From Eledone cirrhosa (lineage: Eukaryota), in the NCBI GenBank assembly GCA_964016885.1, contig OZ024742.1, forward strand, positions 221,526,001 to 221,590,000: DNA of 64,000 nucleotides. Direction: 5' to 3'. Position numbers and translations under genes: made by a program. The stretch's first letter is position 1. Each line of letters begins with the position of its first letter. This document shows positions 41,051 through 58,209 of the stretch, in pieces. The notes under the pieces are model-generated. The model made no database searches and was not told the origin of the DNA. It saw only the letters and a list, made by a program, of their open reading frames with translations.

Positions 41051-41645
41051 GTAATAGATAGATAGATTGATAAATACATGTTCAGAAACACATAAAATGT
41101 GCAATGACAAGTACACACATTACTGGAGTTGGGTGAGAATGGTTGTTGTTTTTTGTATGTAGGGAAGTCATAGAAAATTGAGGTGAGGCAAATTGCCATG
41201 ACATTCACACACGCACACGCACACACACATATATATACATACACATATATTCACACACACATACATACATATATATATGTGGTGCATGTGTGTGTTTAGG
41301 TAAAGGAAGTGTATATACATAAATAACAGAAATAACTACGGTGTTTTCGGTCCGTTTCCCACATTTCTTCACAACTCAACTAATTATCTCACCCCCTTTC
41401 CTAGTTTTTCTTGGTCGGGTTTGGCCTGGCCTATGGCTACAATACTGAAGGCTTAGTCCTTGCGGTGTTCGAGTCACGTTTGTTAAGTCGTGCTTTCGAT
41501 CACTGCTGTGTCCTTCAACAATGAGTTAGATGTACTTGTAATTCAAAAGGACACAGTTTTGTCACACACTGTTACGCTGAATCTTCCTGAGAAATTACAT
41601 TAAGGGTATACGTGTCTGGTGAAGACTTCTGGCAATTGCACATTC

Positions 41646-41853
41646 ATAAGTATGTACACGTACATACATATATGTATACAGACGTACAGTAGTATGTATA
41701 TATATATACATACATGCTCACATATATATATGTACGTAGTGTCCACCAACCATCGTTGCTCGTTTGTTCAACACTGTGTGTATGTATATATATATATATA
41801 TACATACTACTGTACGTCTGTATACATATATGTATGTACGTGTACATACTTAT
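41646..41853. repeat. Inverted repeat of low-complexity TA/CA/CG sequence; related copy at about 42225-42280
   Basis: taagtatgtacacgtacatacatatatgtatacagacgtacagtagtatgta and its reverse complement at about 41800-41850. Confidence 0.75.
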
Positions 41854-42315
41854 ATTTAAGTAACAGCCGTACTAAGAGTGGGAAATGAAATTTCGTTTCA
41901 TTTTTTCCGTTTAACGTTTTCGGTGCACCCGGCCGATTAACCATTTGATATGCAAATTGGGCTACCCAGCCGTTAATGTGCATAAGGCAAGTATATACGT
42001 TCAACAATCTGGCAGGAAGGTATACGTTGATGACGAGAGCTAATAAGCTTGAACAGTAGTACAACGTTCCTTTGCCAGTGTTGAACAAACGAGCAACGAT
42101 GGTTGCTGGACACTGCGGCTCAATTCGGAATGTTTGTTTACAAGCACACCGAGCATTGTAATAAATGTTCGGTGAATCCATACGTGCATATATATATATA
42201 TGTGCATGTATGTATATATATATATATACATACTACTGTACGTATGTATACATATAAGTATGTACGTGTACATACTTATATATATATATATATATAATAT
42301 ATATATATATATATA

Positions 42316-42444
<129 letters not shown>

Positions 42445-42539
42445 TTATGAGTATATGTTGGTTGTATACCATCACGTCAGAATGCAGGCTGGAGCACTCG
42501 ACGAAGTGCGCAGGTTGGTTTGGTTACTCCGGAGTAATG

Positions 42540-46157
<3,618 letters not shown>

Positions 46158-46161
<4 letters not shown>

Positions 46162-46795
46162 GAATGTATATATAATGTATTTTGCAATACACTTTATGCT
46201 TAATTAAAAGCATTTTGAAGACCGTATGCTATTGCTTTAGAGTAGTGAGACTCACTTACTTTAATCTCAGCAAACAGGGGGAGATAAAGCCGACAAGGCC
46301 TTGTTTCTGCATTTTTTATGCTTATCAAGGCTAACTACTCCCTCCCGTCTACTGAGATCACTGATGTTATATTCTTATAGAATTCTAGTAAATAATCAGG
46401 AACTGATTATACAGAGCGGTTGCCGGTCAGGCAGAAATTAAAAATTAGAACTGGAGCTCTGAAATAGTCATATATATATGAATGTATATATAATGTATTT
46501 TGCAATACACTTTATGCTTAATTAAAAGCATTTTGAAGACCGTATGCTATTGTTTTAGAGTAGTGACAGACTCACTTACTTTAATCTCAGCAAACAGGGG
46601 GAGATAAAGCCGATAAGGCTTGTTTCTGCATTTTTTTATGCTTATCAAGACTAACTACTCCCTCCCGTCTACTGAGATCACTGATGTTATATTCTTATAG
46701 AATTCTAGTAAATAATCAGGAACTGATTATACAGAGCGGTTGCTGGTCAGGCAGAAATTAAAAATTAGAATTGGAGCTCTGAAATAGCCATATAT
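46158..46795. repeat. Tandem duplication of about 317 bp, upstream of a PLE ORF start
   Basis: atgaatgtatatataatgtattttgcaatacac...ggagctctgaaatag occurs twice with few differences. Confidence 0.92.
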
Positions 46796-46884
46796 ATCGA
46801 GCCCTCTTTGGATTTTAGTCTTCAAATTTATTATTATTACTATTTGGCTCCCTCGGTTGAGCACTCTACTGACTTATATTTATC

Positions 46885-47650
46885 ATGCAGAAACAACATC
46901 TGAATATTTCTACAAAGAACATACCCGTACCAAGCAGGAAAACATACCTAAAACTCCTGATACAGAAAACAGACGCGTTCATTAAAAGGTTGCGTTGGCG
47001 GGCCTTTTATTTCGATAATCCGCGAAAAGCAGACAACAAACATTACGAAGCATTTTCCCCCTACACATAAATATAGTAAAATTTTTAATAGAAATACTAT
47101 TAAAATTTCTTACTCTACGACTCCTAACCTTGCACATAACATCACAGCTTCAAATTTAGCTAAACTACCTAGCCGTAGGAACACGTGCAACCCTGTAGTT
47201 AGTACTAACTGTAATTGTAGGAATCGGGTTGATTGCCCCCTATCCGGGAAATGCCTCTCTAGTAACATTGTCTACAAATGTAAGGTTGTAACACCCACGT
47301 CCCGTAGGGCCTACATAGGGTTAACCGCCAATAGTTTCAAGCAGCGTCTTTACATGCATACCCATTCTTTTCGTTACCCTCTAAGAAGGAATATGACGTC
47401 ACTTTCAGCTTATATCTGGAGTCTAAAAGACAACCACACCCAATATAAGTTACACTGGTAGATCCTAGCTGGGGCTAGATCGTATAACGGTAATAAAAGA
47501 CCATGTGACCTCTGCGCCGCTGAGGCCCTGGAAATACTCTACGCCACAGACCACATCTTAAACAAAAAATCTGAGGCAATTTCGGCTTGTAAACATAAAT
47601 TGCACAAAACTTTCCTGTATTACAGCCCCACGTTATACCCTAACGGATAG
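46885..47650 (+). mobile_element. Nematis-type PLE derivative lacking the RT core (N-terminus joined to thumb end + GIY-YIG)
   Basis: STKNIPVPS...FIKRLRWRAFYF, then in the +1 frame from 47048: KHFPPTHKYSKIFNRNTIKISYS...CNCRNRVDCPLSGKCLSSNIVYKC...YIGLT..FKQR...IWSLK...CDLC...LNKKSE...CKH. One in-frame TAG at 47459. Confidence 0.85.
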
Positions 47651-48439
47651 TACGATCTATACGTGGATATTTTACGTCTTGATGTGGGAGCTAAGTATAT
47701 GTTTTGTTTATTCCTTTACTTATTTGCATAGGTAAGTATATATTACCCGTATGTTTTGTGAAGGTACGTATAACTTCTCGTACGTATATTTGATTGTTAT
47801 GGCATATAATTTTATATTTTCTGGTACATAGGGTTTGGCTATGTGTATATGGGAGTTTTGCGTCTGTGTGAGTATGTAGGTTCGTACGTATGGTGGGTGT
47901 GTGTATATGTGTACTTCTTGTTTTAGTTGACTTCCGTCTCCGAACATTCGTGTATTTATATGTAGGTATGTGTGTGCGCTTGTTATATACGTATTTATTT
48001 ATTTATATACGTTTATATAATTTTTTATTTGTATACACTCATACACACACACACATTTATATGTGCGCGGTTTTGTATACCTATGGTAAGGTTTTGCGTA
48101 TGCTTGTGTATGTACGTATTTGTTTGCGTGTATGCATTTATTTATTTCTATTTCTTCTGTATTGTATTTATTTACTTTGTTCTTAACTCTGAAGCGGAGA
48201 TTCATTTGGTGTCCTAGTTAGAATTTTAGTCTACGACTTCTGCTATACCATTTACGTGGTTTTGTCTTTGCTTGCTATTGTTCTCCACGCTCCACATATG
48301 ACGTATTATCTTCGTTTTTTCGTTCATTGCCAGAGAACGTCTCTATGCACCACCTAAGAGAACATTAGTCTACGACCTCTTTTATACCATAAACGTGGTT
48401 CTGTCTTTGCGCGTAATTGTTTTTCACCGCTCCTATTAA

Positions 48440-48541
48440 TTGTTTCTACTTTAGGCACAAGGCCAGCAATTACCCAGTGTATTACTGGTACTTTATTTTA
48501 TCGACCCCGTAAGGATGAAAGGCAAAGTCAACCTCGGCGGG
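48440..48541 (-). mobile_element. 5'-truncated SINE inserted into the dispersed repeat at 48400-48755
   Basis: SINE core interrupts attaat|gacgt, which is contiguous in the copy near 15505-15520. Confidence 0.8.
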
Positions 48542-48826
48542 ACGTATTATTCGTTTTTTCCCGTTCTTTGCCAGCGAACGTTACAGCGAACGTTACCACG
48601 AACCAAAATATCGTCTTCCTGTCTTCCTCCGGTTGCAACGTTTTTTAAAATATCCACTTCTGCGTTTACAGATTAACTTTGTTAGTTTCAGAAGATCCTG
48701 TTAAGGGTGAAAGCAGCGATTCTTTGCTTAAACTTTAATCTGTTATTTTAATAAATATATATTATATATATATATATATATTATATATATATATATATAT
48801 TATATATATATATATATTATATATAT

Positions 48827-48909
<83 letters not shown>

Positions 48910-49003
48910 TATATATATATATATTATACTCTTTTACTCTTTTACCTCTTTTACCTGTTTCAGCCATCCGGCTGAGGCCATGCTGTGGCCTATATATATA
49001 TAT

Positions 49004-49037
<34 letters not shown>

Positions 49038-49446
49038 ATATATATTATATATATATATATATTATATATATATATAATATATATATATATATATAATATA
49101 TATATAATATATATAATATATATATAATATATATATTTATATATAATATATATAAAATATATATATAATATATATATGATATATATATATATATATTTAT
49201 ATATAATATATATAAAATATATATATTTATATATATATAATATATATTACAATTTAAAAAAATATGATCAACACTAATGTGTTTTTTTTGCAAAATGACA
49301 ATAATTTTTTAGCCAGATAGAAATACCTTAATTCAAGTACATATATATATATATATAAATATATATATATAAATATATATATAAATATATATATAAATAT
49401 ACATATATATATATATATAAATATATATATATAAATATATATATAA

Positions 49447-49494
<48 letters not shown>

Positions 49495-49502
49495 AAATAT
49501 AT

Positions 49503-50110
49503 AGCGGCGATGAATTAGTTTAGCGAGGTTTTTTATATGAAATCGTGTGTCGAAACAGATATTGTTATACTTGGGGAGGTTATATAAATAAATAAAATAA
49601 AATAAAATAAGATAAATAAATACATACACAAACACAATAACAACAAGCACATAAACACACACTAGTCACCCAGCAGACACAACACTATACACACTAGTCA
49701 CACAGCACACATAACACTATACACACACGCAAACGCATGCGCAAAGAAGACAAAATAAAATAAGATAAACAAACAAGCAAATAAATAAATAAATATATAG
49801 ACAGACTGAATAAAAAAAATGGCGTAGGCATACAACACAACAGGAGGAACAGTGAATATAACACCACTGACGATGTTGCAGATGTGCAACGAAAGATTTA
49901 TGTAAATTATGTAAACTATATATATGTGTTTGTGTCTATATTGTACCTGTATTATTTTTGACCGTCGGTCAGTCAATGGCAACATTGAGGACCGAGTAAG
50001 TTAGATCGCAGATATAAAAGACAGCGAGAAGCGAAAACCAACCAAACAGTGAGTGTGTTCTGTTATTAATTCTGGCAATATTACGCAAATATGACCCTCC
50101 CCAAGTATAA
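49503..50110 (+). mobile_element. Related PLE pseudo-LTR with inverted tail (49503-49580 on -) and hammerhead motif at 49864-49903
   Basis: ca-CTGACGA-t gttgca gatg tgcaac-GAAA-gatt-TA-tg. Ends atgaccctccccaagtataa. Inverted piece reads [20 protein letters not shown]. Confidence 0.8.
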
Positions 50111-50130
50111 ATATATATATATATATATTT

Positions 50131-50198
50131 ATATTAAATCTATACTTACATACGTAAAATGGCAAGCCATTTTACGTATGTAAGTATAGATTTAATAT
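50131..50198. repeat. Perfect palindrome, 33-bp arms with 2-nt loop
   Basis: atattaaatctatacttacatacgtaaaatggc-aa-gccattttacgtatgtaagtatagatttaatat. Confidence 0.92.
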
Positions 50199-50405
50199 TT
50201 AATATTTTCTAGATCGATACAGGCAGACTATATGTACTTGAATTAAGGTATTTCTATCTGGCTAAAAAATTATTGTCATTTTGCAAAAAAAACACATTAG
50301 TGTTGATCATATTTTTTTAAATTTTAATATAATGCTCAGAAGTATTTTCTTAGAGCTTAATAATTGTAATTGACTACTAAATTGAAATATATAATATATA
50401 TATAT

Positions 50406-50437
<32 letters not shown>

Positions 50438-50449
50438 ATATATATATAT

Positions 50450-50480
<31 letters not shown>

Positions 50481-50743
50481 ATATATATATCTAATATATA
50501 TATATATAATATATATATATATAATATATATAATATATATATATATAATATATATAATATATATATAAAATATATATATATATATATATAATATATATAT
50601 ATAATATATATATATATATATAATATATATATATAAATATATATATATAACGTTTCTGAATTTGTTTAGCAATATGACCCTCCCAAAGTATTGCCAACAT
50701 GACCCTCCCAAAGTATAACAATATATATATATATTTATATATA

Positions 50744-50776
<33 letters not shown>

Positions 50777-50787
50777 TTCTATATATA

Positions 50788-50897
<110 letters not shown>

Positions 50898-50912
50898 TAT
50901 ATGAAAAATATG

Positions 50913-50958
<46 letters not shown>

Positions 50959-50973
50959 TATATGAAAAATATG

Positions 50974-51034
<61 letters not shown>

Positions 51035-51044
51035 TTATATATAA

Positions 51045-51076
<32 letters not shown>

Positions 51077-51636
51077 TTATATATATAATTATATATATAT
51101 ATTTATATATATATATATTTATATATATATTTTTTTTTTATATATATATTTATATATATAATTATATATATATATTTATATATATATATATATTTATATA
51201 TATATTTTTTTTTTATATATATATTTATATATATATATTTACATATATATATTGATATATATATATATTTATATATATATATATTTATATATATATATAT
51301 GTAAAAGATATATTTAAATTTTTGGGATACAACAAGCAAATATTTTTATAACTGATATAAAGCACTCAACAAATAATTGGAGCAAAAATACGATATTAAC
51401 AAATGGAAACTTTATTTATAAAACCATATTTATTTCATTATACATATTTCAAGGACACCAAGTTAAATTATGGTGTGCTTTCATCAGATAAAATATAATA
51501 TAGAGCAGTTTTATAAATAAATATTGACATACCCTTAAAAAATGCAACCATTACTGTTGGAAGCTCTCGGATAGTGGGGTTATAACTTTATTTATACTAT
51601 TATGTAAATTAGTATTGGATATTTTTAAATAAGCCG

Positions 51637-53883
51637 TTGGGTTACGTTTTTTATTTGGGGGTGAGGTGGGGTGGGGTCGGGGTCCGTTTTTTATTTGGGA
51701 GGTCCGTTTTATATTTAGGGGTGGGTGGGGGCTGGGGGTCCGTTTTTTATTTGCGTGAGGGGTGGGGTCCTTTTTTATTTGGAGTCCGTTTTTTATGGAG
51801 GAGGTCTGTTTTTTTATTGGAGGTGGACGTTTTTTATTTGGAGACCGTTTTTATTTAGGGGGTCCGTTTTTTATTTGTGGGGGCCGTTTTTTATTGGGGG
51901 GTCCATTTGTTATTTGGAGATCGTTTTTTATTTGGGGCAGGGGTAGGAGTTTTTTATGGGTGGGTGCGTTTTTTATAGGCGGGGTCTGTTTTTTATTTGG
52001 AGATCGTATTTTATTTGGTGGTGTCCGTTTTTTATGGGGTTCCGTCTGTTTATATTTAGCGGGGTCCGTTTTTTATTTGGAGACCGTTTTTTATTTGGGC
52101 GGCTCTGCTTTTATTTGGAGACCGTTTTTTACGGGGTCCGTTTTTAATTGGGGGAGTCCGTTTTTTATTGGGTGTCCGTTTTTTATTTGGGTAGGTCCGT
52201 TTTTTATGGGGGGGGTCTGTTTTCTATTTTGAATCCCTTTTTTATGGGGAGGGGGTCCGTTTTTATTTGGGGAGGTCCGTTTTTTCTTTGGGGGTCCGTT
52301 TTTTATTGGGGGGTCTGATTTGTATTTGGAGACCGTTTTTTATTCGGGGTGAGGGGTGAGGGTCGTTTTTTATGGGGGCTGGCCGTTTTTTATTTGGAAT
52401 CCGTTTTTTATGGGGGGGGTTCTGTTTTTTATTTGGAGACCGTTTTTTATTTGGGTGAGGGGTGGGTGTCCGTGTTTTATGGGGGGAGTTTTTATAGGGG
52501 GGTCGGTTTTTTTATTTGGAGACCGTTTTTTATGGGGGTGGGCCTGTTTTTTATTTAGAGAATTTTTTATTTGGGCGGGTCCGTTTTTTTATTTGGGCGT
52601 GTCCGTTTTTTATTTGGGGGGAGGGGTGGGGTCCGTTTTTATGGAGGGGGGCTTTTTTTATTGGGGGTGGGTCCGTCTTTTATTTGGAGACCGTTTTTTA
52701 TTTTGAGGAGGGATGGGGCGTCCGTTTTTTATGGGGGTGGGCCTGTTTTTTATTCGGGGGAGGAGTGGGGTCCGTTTTTTATGGGGGCTTATCGTTTTTA
52801 TTTTGGGTCCGTTTTTTATTTGGGGGTGGGGTGGGGGTCCTTTTTTATGGGGGGGTCCTTTTTTTATGGGTGGCCCTTTTTTTATTTGGAGTCCGTTTTT
52901 TCTTCGGGGGAAGTGTGGGGTCCGTTTTTATGGGGGAGGGGTGTTTTTTAATGGGGTAGGTCCTTTTTTATTTGGAGACCGTTTTTTATTTGGGAGGGGT
53001 CCGTTTTTTATTTGGAGACCGTTCTTTATTTGGGGGGCGGGTGGGACTCCGTTTTTTATGGGGAGGGTGTTATTTGGTGACCGTTTTTTATTTGGGAGAG
53101 GGGTGCGGGTCTGTTTTTTAAGGGGGTGGAGGCGCCTTTTTTTATAGGTGGTCCGCTTTTTATTTCGAGACCGTTTTTTATTTGGGGTCAGGGGTCCTTT
53201 TTTTATTTGGGCGGGTCCGTTTTTTATGGGGGAGGGGGGGTTGTTATTTGGAGATCGTTTTTTATTTGGGGGAGGGGTGGCGGTCCGTTTTTTATGGGGG
53301 GTGCGTTTTTTATTGGAGGGTGTTTTTTATTTGGAGACCGTTTTTCATTTTGGGGGGTCCTTTTTTATTGGGAGGGGGCCGTTTTCTATTTGGAGACCCT
53401 ATTTTATTGGGGTAGAGGGGTGGTGGGTCCGTTTTTATGGGGGAGGCCCCGTTTTTTATTTGGAGTCCGTTTTTTATGGGGGGTTCCGTTTTCTTATTTG
53501 GAGACCGTTTTCTATTTGGGGGGACGGGTGGGGTCCGTTTTTTATGGTGGTGGCGTTTTTTATTGGGCGGGGTCCATTTTTTATTTGGAGACCGTTTTTT
53601 ATTTGGGAGGGGTCCGGTTTTCATTTGGAGACCGTTTTCTATTTGGGTGAGGGGTGGGGGGTCCGTTTTTTAGTGGGGGGGGGGTCAGTTTTTTAGGGCG
53701 GTTATTGGGGGTCCGTCTTTTATTTGGGAGGCGGCGTGGTGGTGTCCGTTTTTTATGGGGGGGGGGCGTTTTTTATTTATAGTCCGTTTTTTATCTGGTG
53801 TCCGTTTTTTATAGGGGGTCCGTTTTTTTATTTGGGGGATCTGTTTTTTATTTTGGAGGGATCCGTTTTTTATCCGTTTTTTA
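51637..53883 (-). repeat. ~20-bp C/A-rich satellite, array 2, inverted relative to array 1
   Basis: ggggtccgttttttatttgg units are the reverse complement of array 1. Confidence 0.93.
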
Positions 53884-54959
53884 ATGTGGCATCAGAGCCC
53901 TTATTTACATATTTGCATATGTATTTTATCGACTTGACGGAGTTGCAAAACTCAACGTTCATGTGGGCGTTGAACATCTTCAAGAGAAGCGGGCAGCAAG
54001 GGACCACCCATCTATTGTCGACCTGACCTCCCTTTACTGTTGTGGTGAAGCCACAGTTCTCGGGCCGTCTCCGCCTGTACAGGGGGTACCCGTCGCCACC
54101 AGTCTGAATCTGGTCAACAAAATTTTTGGTGTATCCCTTACTGCACGATCCCTTTTTCAGACACGTGTGATGCCCATTAGGACCCGACGCACACGGACCA
54201 TGTTAGCTTTGACGATGTCATGTAATTCCTGGTCAGTTGCTGGGTTAGGGATTTCAGCCAAAATGATGCTGTCTATGGCATTTGAATTGATTTTATCAGC
54301 TAGCCAAATCAAAATGTGAGCATGTGGCAGCCCTGGTTTTGGCCATTCGACGGGGAACATGTCACACTTTACAGTCCCAAATACCTGACCCTTTTTGATT
54401 AAAGCCATGAGTTTTGCCAGTTTCAGTCTGAACACTTTGGCAATGAGGTCATGTCTGTTCGAATAATTTTTCCCAGGAAAAAGTTCACGGGTTACATTCC
54501 GATTCATATGTCTATAGCATTAATCTGTTTTATGAAGTGTTATTTTGCGGGTTGTTATTTGCAATAAGCCGATTGAAAATGCCCCAGATAAGCCGTATGT
54601 CAATACGGAACGCTCAATACGGAACGCTCCACTGCAGTGTTGTCATATAGGGAGTGAAGAGCGACAGAGAGAGTAAAGCAGTTAAATTATAGAGAGAGGG
54701 AATATACGGAACGCTCCATTTGATCATACACACTGTTTCTCTCTCTGCAGTGTTGTCATATAGGGAGTGAAGAGCGACAGAGAGAGTAAAGTAGTTAAAT
54801 TATAGAGAGGGGAATGATCATGATCGATTTTTGCCCTTATTGTTGATGACCTTCTCCTGACCAAAAGCAATGATTGTCCCGACTTTGAATAGAATCCGTT
54901 GGAAATTGTGGACGTGCATACGTTACAAACCTTAACACAGACATCCTCAGCTTTATATA
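53884..54959 (-). mobile_element. Helitron 5' region and decayed Rep (HUH) fragment
   Basis: DLIAKVF..KL...VEWPKPGLPHAHILIWL...AEIP; GYPLYRRR...DNRWVVP...AHMNVEFCNSVKSIKYICKYVNKGSD. The 5' region begins tatataaagctgag next to the Tc1 end. Confidence 0.88.
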
Positions 54960-55365
54960 CAGTGCCCCGCAAAAGTTTACAACACATTAGGAAAAATGCG
55001 GTTTTAGATATTTTTAATAAAGTTAGGGTAATGAAAATTTAACTACTGATAGAACATATAATGAGGCATTTAATGATACAATTATATTTTTAAAAAAATA
55101 ACAAGGAAATAATTCATGAAGAAAAATCAATATTTTTATAACGCAAAAGTTTACAACACATTTATTAAATCATCTCTTAATATTTTGTAGCATAACCTTT
55201 GTTGCTAATTACAGCCTGTAGGCATTTGGAGTAGCCTCCTACAAACTTCTTGGCTAATATTTTTCCATTCTTCACAACAAATTTTCTTTAGTTCAGGGAT
55301 ATTTTGGGGTTTCCTTTTTTGAATTCTGAGTTTCAGTTCTCTCCACAAATTTTTGATCGGGTTAA
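54960..55365 (-). mobile_element. Tc1 transposon end with transposase C-terminus
   Basis: TA|cagtg...aaaagt terminus; inner direct repeat gcaaaagtttacaacacatt at about 54969 and 55143 (IR/DR type); DLNPIKNLWRELK...CEEW. Confidence 0.85.
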
Positions 55366-55435
55366 GATCAAAAATTTGTGGAGAGAACTGAAACTCAGAA
55401 TTCAAAAAAGGAAACCCCAAAATATCCCTGAACTA
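55289..55435. repeat. Perfect fold-back of Tc1 coding sequence, 70-bp arms with 7-nt loop
   Basis: Arms 55289-55358 and 55366-55435. Confidence 0.92.
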
Positions 55436-56212
55436 TGAAGGTAGAACTAATATAGTGATTTAATATAATATAATAAATATTAATTTATTACGATAATTGC
55501 ACACATATATATGTATATATATATGGCTGAAAACTATGCGTTAATCATTATACTTTAAACAGTGTATCTACTAGACAATAAATTTTTCGATATTTCTAAC
55601 AATAAGTACTTCATAAGCTTTACATACCAAAAATGTTGACATTCTTACAGGTAATTTTTGTTAAAGATTACATTTTAAGAGAAAATTCAACAGTGTAAAT
55701 TTTCCTTTCGCGGGCCAAGTAAATCCTTTAACTTTGTTTTCATTAAATTCAGAATTTTAGAAATGTAACACTTTTAAAAAAATTTATTAAATTTATAAAA
55801 TTAATAAATATAAGTAACCATCAACTTTTAAAAACTCAAAATTTTGATTCTTCACCCTTAAATAACATAAATTAAATATTTTGAAACTTAACCGTTTAAT
55901 TCTGAAGGGGAAAAAAAATTACTCCCCTTTATCTTTAAGCATCTATCAGTTGCCTTCATAAACTGTAATAAAATTATAATTCCAGAGATGTCTTCCTCGA
56001 TAACCATAATTTGTAGTATCCCACATTTTAAAATCTCTATAACTGTTACATTAAGCAACGTTTTTCTTACTCATACATTCTCTATTGAATTTATTACGTT
56101 TTCGCATTTTCTCATTATTAGGGTATAAATGTTGAGTTTTCTCTTAGGTTAATCACTACCTTGATTAAATCTTAACCATTTAACATCTCAGGGTATGTCA
56201 TGTATCATTATA

Positions 56213-56262
56213 TTTTGTCTGATGAGGACGTATTGTTATACCTCTAAAATATGTATAATAAA
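56213..56262 (+). ncRNA. Degenerate hammerhead motif
   Basis: tgt-CTGATGA-ggacgtat tgtt atacctct-AAAA-tatg-ta: stem II partly intact, GAAA mutated. Confidence 0.4.
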
Positions 56263-56405
56263 ATTTAATTGATCAAAAGAACATCTATTTTATTAATATT
56301 TGTATTTTAATATTAATAACTCTGGAAAATATTTTGTTCTGTAGAGTACTTCCAGTCTACTGTAAAACTCATTCTTTGATGTACTCATTGAATCTTGTTT
56401 AACTC

Positions 56406-56498
<93 letters not shown>

Positions 56499-56869
56499 CA
56501 TATATTATATTATATATATACATACATATACATATATATATCTGCGTGTGTGTGTGTGTGTGTGTGTGTGCGTGTGTGTGCGTGTATCCGTGTGTATACA
56601 TACATAAACACAGACAGGCTGACATATGATTCCATATGTTCTGTCTTCGTGTATGTGTGTGTGTGTGTGTAAGTACATGTGTGCGTGGTTGGTAAAACGG
56701 CTATTTTATCGTAACTCAAGGTTTCGTGCGGTTGTCATCGGTGAGTTTTAAATAATCCATTATTAGATAAATATTCGACACGCTATATATATATATATAC
56801 ATATATGTGTGTGCGTGCGTGTATGTGTGTGTATGTGTATGTGAGTGTATATATATATATATATATATA

Positions 56870-56947
56870 CAGGGTGTCCCCAAAAAATGAATACACACTT
56901 CAACAGCATTCTAATCAAAGTTTGTATACATTTTGCGGGACAACTTG
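56870..56947. mobile_element. Small Tc1/mariner-type MITE
   Basis: TA-flanked, imperfect TIRs cagggtgtccccaaaaaatg / cattttgcgggacaacttg. Confidence 0.65.
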
Positions 56948-56992
56948 TATATACAGTATATACATATATGAAGAAGAGAAAGAAAGATATAC

Positions 56993-57058
<66 letters not shown>

Positions 57059-57369
57059 ATAGAAATGCATACACATACATACATGTATGTATGTGTGCAT
57101 GTATGTACATGAGTGTATATGTATGTGCGTGTGTCTGTGTGTGTGTGTAACTTAATTACTTAGCACGGCTGCGCTCTAGATAATTTATCGATAATTGCTA
57201 TGACCAAAGTAATCAGTGTGGAGGCTTTTAAACAGAGGATAATCCCACTTTCAGAAATAATTACATAATCCATCGATTACATAACACCGTGTGATCGATA
57301 TTAGATTGATTCACTTGCCTTTTTATTGTTTATTTATTGACTTGACATACATCCGGTAATGATGGTGCC

Positions 57370-57626
57370 ACGTTAATCTGCACCGAGTACACTCTATAAT
57401 TAGGAAGGACATCCAGTCGTAGAAACCATGACAAATAAGGGAATGTATGAGCAAAATGTTGACCCTCAGACAAAGGGCGGAGGAACTCATGAGAGCGAAC
57501 GGCCATCCAGTGGTGTGTATATATGTATATATTGTTTGGATGTGTCCCTGAACCTTGACGACTTGTCCAACCCATGTTAGCATGGAAAGCGGAAGTTAAA
57601 GGATGATGATGATGATGATGATGATA
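57370..57626 (+). mobile_element. SINE 3' part with (GAT)n tail
   Basis: ggaaggacatccagtcgtagaaacc...ccatgttagcatggaaagcggaagttaaaggatgatgatgat; resembles recalled cephalopod RTE-partnered SINE tails. Confidence 0.6.
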
Positions 57627-57947
57627 CACAGGAGAGTCAAGGGGAAGGTCACTCTGATATAAAACCTGTCTACATCATCCAATGATGTAGACTAGTTCTT
57701 CTTTTGGGGCAAATGCATTCGATGTTAAGAGAGTGGGATTGGCGAAGAGAGTGAGAGTGGAAGAGCGAACGGCCATCCAGTAGTGTGTATATATGTATAT
57801 ATTGTTTGGATGTGTAGATATGTATCTGTAGGTTGGGGGCAGGGGTTGTTTGTGTGCGTCTGTGTGTATTTTTAAAAACTTAAAAACTTTTAACTTTTAA
57901 ACTTTTAAATAATTATTTTTTTTATTTCCTTTTATCTTATTTATCTA

Positions 57948-58035
57948 GCTGGCCTTTCATCCTGACGGGGTCGATAAAATAAAGCACCAGTAATGCACTG
58001 GGATAATTGCTGCCCTTGTGTGAAAAGTAGAACAT
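57948..58035 (+). mobile_element. 5'-truncated SINE
   Basis: gcctttcatcctgacggggtcgataaaataaagcaccagtaatgcactgg. Confidence 0.75.
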
Positions 58036-58209
58036 TTTTTTTTTTTTTTTTTGAAAGAAAGACACCCTGAAAATACTGCAGTTGATACAGCTACCGGTCA
58101 TCTTGCATCACCTCGTCATTGGATTTTGGCTGTTGATACTTAGAGACCTGCATGTATGTAGTACAAGTACACGCTGCTTTGATTTCTCTGTACAGATATA
58201 TCTTCAAAG

